Source: Candidatus Latescibacterota bacterium (GTDB taxonomy: Bacteria; Latescibacterota; UBA2968; UBA8231). Taken from it: 64,000 nucleotides of DNA. The position numbers were made by a program, and so were the translations under genes. This document shows positions 61,462 through 64,000 of this stretch, in pieces. The DNA lies in assembly GCA_965223905.1 (NCBI GenBank), contig CBDCXV010000011.1:2016001-2080000 (forward strand), in the 5' to 3' direction. Each line of letters begins with the position of its first letter. The first letter of the stretch is position 1. The notes beneath the pieces are model-generated. The model was not told the DNA's origin, did no database searches, and saw nothing but the letters and a program-made list of their open reading frames with translations.

Positions 61462-63039
61462 ATGCGCTTTTTCAACACGAGCGGCCCCATCAAGCCCGAA
61501 AGGCACTACTGCATCCCGCCGTTGGAACGCCTGGATATGGCCGAGGTGCTCGGACTGGTCCGGGACGAGAAGTACTTCGTCCTGCATGCGCCCCGGCAGA
61601 CGGGCAAGACCTCGGCGCTGCTGGCGCTGTGCGACCTGCTCAATGCCGAAGGCTATTACCGCTGCGTGTATGTCAATGTGGAAGGTGGGCAGGCCGGGCG
61701 CGAAGAAGTCGAACAGGTCATGCGCACTATTTTGGGCGCGCTGGCACTGCGGGCGAACTTGACGCTGGGCGACGAGTTTTTACTTGAGGTCTGGTCGAAT
61801 ATCCTCGCCGAGTTTGGGCCGCACGCTGCTTTGCAGGCGGCGTTGACGCGCTGGGCGCAGGCTGATCCCAAACCGCTGGTGCTGCTCATCGACGAAATCG
61901 ACGCGCTGATGGGCGATTCGCTGCTGTCGGTGCTGCGTCAGTTGCGCGCCGGCTACGACCTGCGTCCGGGGGGTTTTCCGCAGAGCGTGGTGCTGTGCGG
62001 GGTGCGCGACGTGCGCGATTACCGCATCCACTCCCGTTCGGCCAATGCGGTAATCGCCGGCGGCAGCGCGTTCAACATCAAGGCGCGCTCGTTGCGCTTG
62101 GCCGACTTCTCGCGGGAGGAGGTGCGGGCGCTGCTGGCCCAGCACACCGGGGAGACGGGACAGGCGTTCACGCCCGAGGCGCTGGACGCGATCTGGACGC
62201 AGACGCAAGGGCAGCCGTGGCTGGTCAACGCGTTGGCCGAAGAAACCTGTTTCCGGGACGGTGCCGACGCGACCCGGGACCGTCCGATCACCGCCGACGC
62301 GGTCCGCCAGGCGCAAGAGCAACTCATTCTGCGCCGGGAGACGCACCTCGACCAGTTGGCCGACAAGCTGCAGGAAGACCGCGTACGGCGCGTGGTGGAG
62401 CCGCTTTTGAGCGGCGGCGAGGGACGCCGTTTTACCGACCGCGACATCGAGTATGTGCGCGATCTGGGGCTGCTCGCCCAGGATCGTCCGCTCCGCATCG
62501 CCAATCCGATCTACGCCGAAGTCGTGCCGCGTGAACTGACGTGGGTGACCCAGGAGGAGTTCGATCACGAGAATGCCTGGTACGTGGATGCCGGGGGCGG
62601 CTTGAACGTAGTCTCGCTGCTGACGGCGTTCCAAAACTTCTTCCGCGAGCACTCCGAGCATTGGGTCGAACGATTCCAGTACAAGGAAGCGGGTCCGCAA
62701 CTTCTGTTGCAGGCGTTTTTGCAGCGCATCGTCAACAGCGGCGGGCGCATTGAGCGGGAGTATGGCTTGGGGCGCAGGCGCACGGACCTGCTGATCGTGT
62801 GGCCGCAGGGCGAGCGCGCGCGGAAGATCGTGATTGAGTGCAAAGTGCTCCACAAAAGTTTGGAGCAGACTTTGGCCGAAGGGGTGGAGCAGACGGCTGG
62901 CTACATGGATCGCTGCGCCGCGGAGGCGGGGCATCTGGTGGTCTTCGACCGACGCGCGGACCGGCGTTGGGAGGACAGGCTGTTCCGCTGCCGGCGGGCG
63001 GCCGACAGCGGAGTCGAGATCGACATTTGGGGCATGTGA
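61462..63039 (+). CDS. AAA ATPase with C-terminal PD-(D/E)XK-like domain
   Basis: 'RFFNTSGP', 'APRQTGKTS', 'IDEID', 'RREYGLGRRRTDL...IECK'-type motif. Confidence 0.88.
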   Translation: MRFFNTSGPIKPERHYCIPPLERLDMAEVLGLVRDEKYFVLHAPRQTGKTSALLALCDLLNAEGYYRCVYVNVEGGQAGREEVEQVMRTILGALALRANLTLGDEFLLEVWSNILAEFGPHAALQAALTRWAQADPKPLVLLIDEIDALMGDSLLSVLRQLRAGYDLRPGGFPQSVVLCGVRDVRDYRIHSRSANAVIAGGSAFNIKARSLRLADFSREEVRALLAQHTGETGQAFTPEALDAIWTQTQGQPWLVNALAEETCFRDGADATRDRPITADAVRQAQEQLILRRETHLDQLADKLQEDRVRRVVEPLLSGGEGRRFTDRDIEYVRDLGLLAQDRPLRIANPIYAEVVPRELTWVTQEEFDHENAWYVDAGGGLNVVSLLTAFQNFFREHSEHWVERFQYKEAGPQLLLQAFLQRIVNSGGRIEREYGLGRRRTDLLIVWPQGERARKIVIECKVLHKSLEQTLAEGVEQTAGYMDRCAAEAGHLVVFDRRADRRWEDRLFRCRRAADSGVEIDIWGM

Positions 63040-63069
63040 CGGCCGCGGTCCCACCATCCTGGCGCCGAT

Positions 63070-63827
63070 GCCCCCCTCCGGCGAATCGTGTCCTCAATTC
63101 CAGGACCGGCTCCCTCCTTGATCCGTCCGACCTGGACTTCCGCATCTGGCTGGCCTGGCACGACGACCCGGCTCGCCTCTACGCCGCCTTCCTCGCCAGC
63201 GATGACGCGTACCAGAACACCCACGACTACAATGCCAGTTCTCCCCAGATTTTCCTGCATGACAGCATCACCCTGGTGATTGATGGAGATCACGGTGGGG
63301 GTCCGGGCTGCGGGGATTGCATGCTCGAAGAGGGGGTGGAACGTGGGCCGAATCAGTTGTATGACGCCATCGCCCGCACCTCTTCAGGCCCGATTTTGGA
63401 TGATTGGTATTCCAGAAATTTGCCTGGAGAAGAATTTGCCTCGACGGTCCGGCCTCCCTACGGAGACGGGGGCGGTGGGGTGTTCGGAGAAAACCCGACC
63501 ATCAGCGCCATCGAACTCTACGTCACCCCGTTCGACCGCCTGGCGTACGATGACATCGAGGGGAGTGTGGCGAGCGATCTGACCGCCGGGCAGGTCATAG
63601 GCTTTGCGATTCTGGTACATGATTGGGACGACCGTCATGATGTGAGAGCCTGGGTACCCGAAGCCATGTTTCCCGGTTCCCCGCCTGCACTCATCCGGAT
63701 TTTGTCAGTTCAAGCAGACAGTTTTCTCGACGGCATTCTCCTTCCCGCCGACCCGGGCGGACCGGAAGACACCGCGGTCGAGTCGGTCTCCTGGGGCCGA
63801 ATCAAGGCCTCCCTGGAGATCGATTAG
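63070..63827 (+). pseudogene. CBM9-like secreted protein lacking N-terminus; paralog of 18749-19657
   Basis: 'DPSDLDFRIWLAW', 'IDGDHGGG', 'GENPT...ELYVT'; ends TAVESVSWGRIKASLEID. Confidence 0.7.
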
Positions 63828-64000
63828 CCTGTCCCCCCGCTGCCTCCGGCCCTGGCTGGCTGACCCACTGGCCAGACGACGACGGTCTGAACCCGATCCG
63901 CAGGTCTGGCCTGCCCGCGTTCCCCTCGGCCGGCTCTCTTCTTACTCTTGCTCCTCGACTGGCAGCGGCATGCCGCCACCGGCGGATGCCGGCCAGGGAG

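Noticed and set aside
1-64000. tRNA or rRNA genes
   Set aside because: None recognised by eye

Overview
GC-rich bacterial accessory region. The FlgD-like 'NFPNPFN' C-terminal domain, 'SWGRIK'-type C-terminal tails, FN3/cadherin adhesin remnants and Sel1 protein suggest a Latescibacterota/Gemmatimonadota-like, possibly sponge-associated, organism (inference). Metabolic genes (aldo/keto reductases, ceramidase-like, beta-propeller hydrolases, hydantoinase A/B) are interleaved with 7-8 toxin-antitoxin modules, many IS elements (2 ISL3 copies with identical transposases, 2 broken IS1380, IS5, 2 IS630, IS91 remnant) and decaying defence genes (type I-G cas7 stump, DUF4011 helicase stump). Two features stand out. 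(1) An integrase-less integron cassette array at ~9.7-13.2 kb, with three atypical attC sites and a putative attI, carries a single-gene class III nucleotide cyclase fused to a PLD/DUF5919-like domain, plus a TM-HEPN gene. (2) An operon at 41.4-49.4 kb encodes a BrnT toxin, then a BrnA-type antitoxin peptide fused in frame to a ~1050-aa SNF2 helicase, then a sacsin-like GHKL ATPase with an HNH-like tail, split by ISL3. All protein family calls come from motif recognition by eye, not database searches. The many single-base frameshifts could be real decay or assembly errors.
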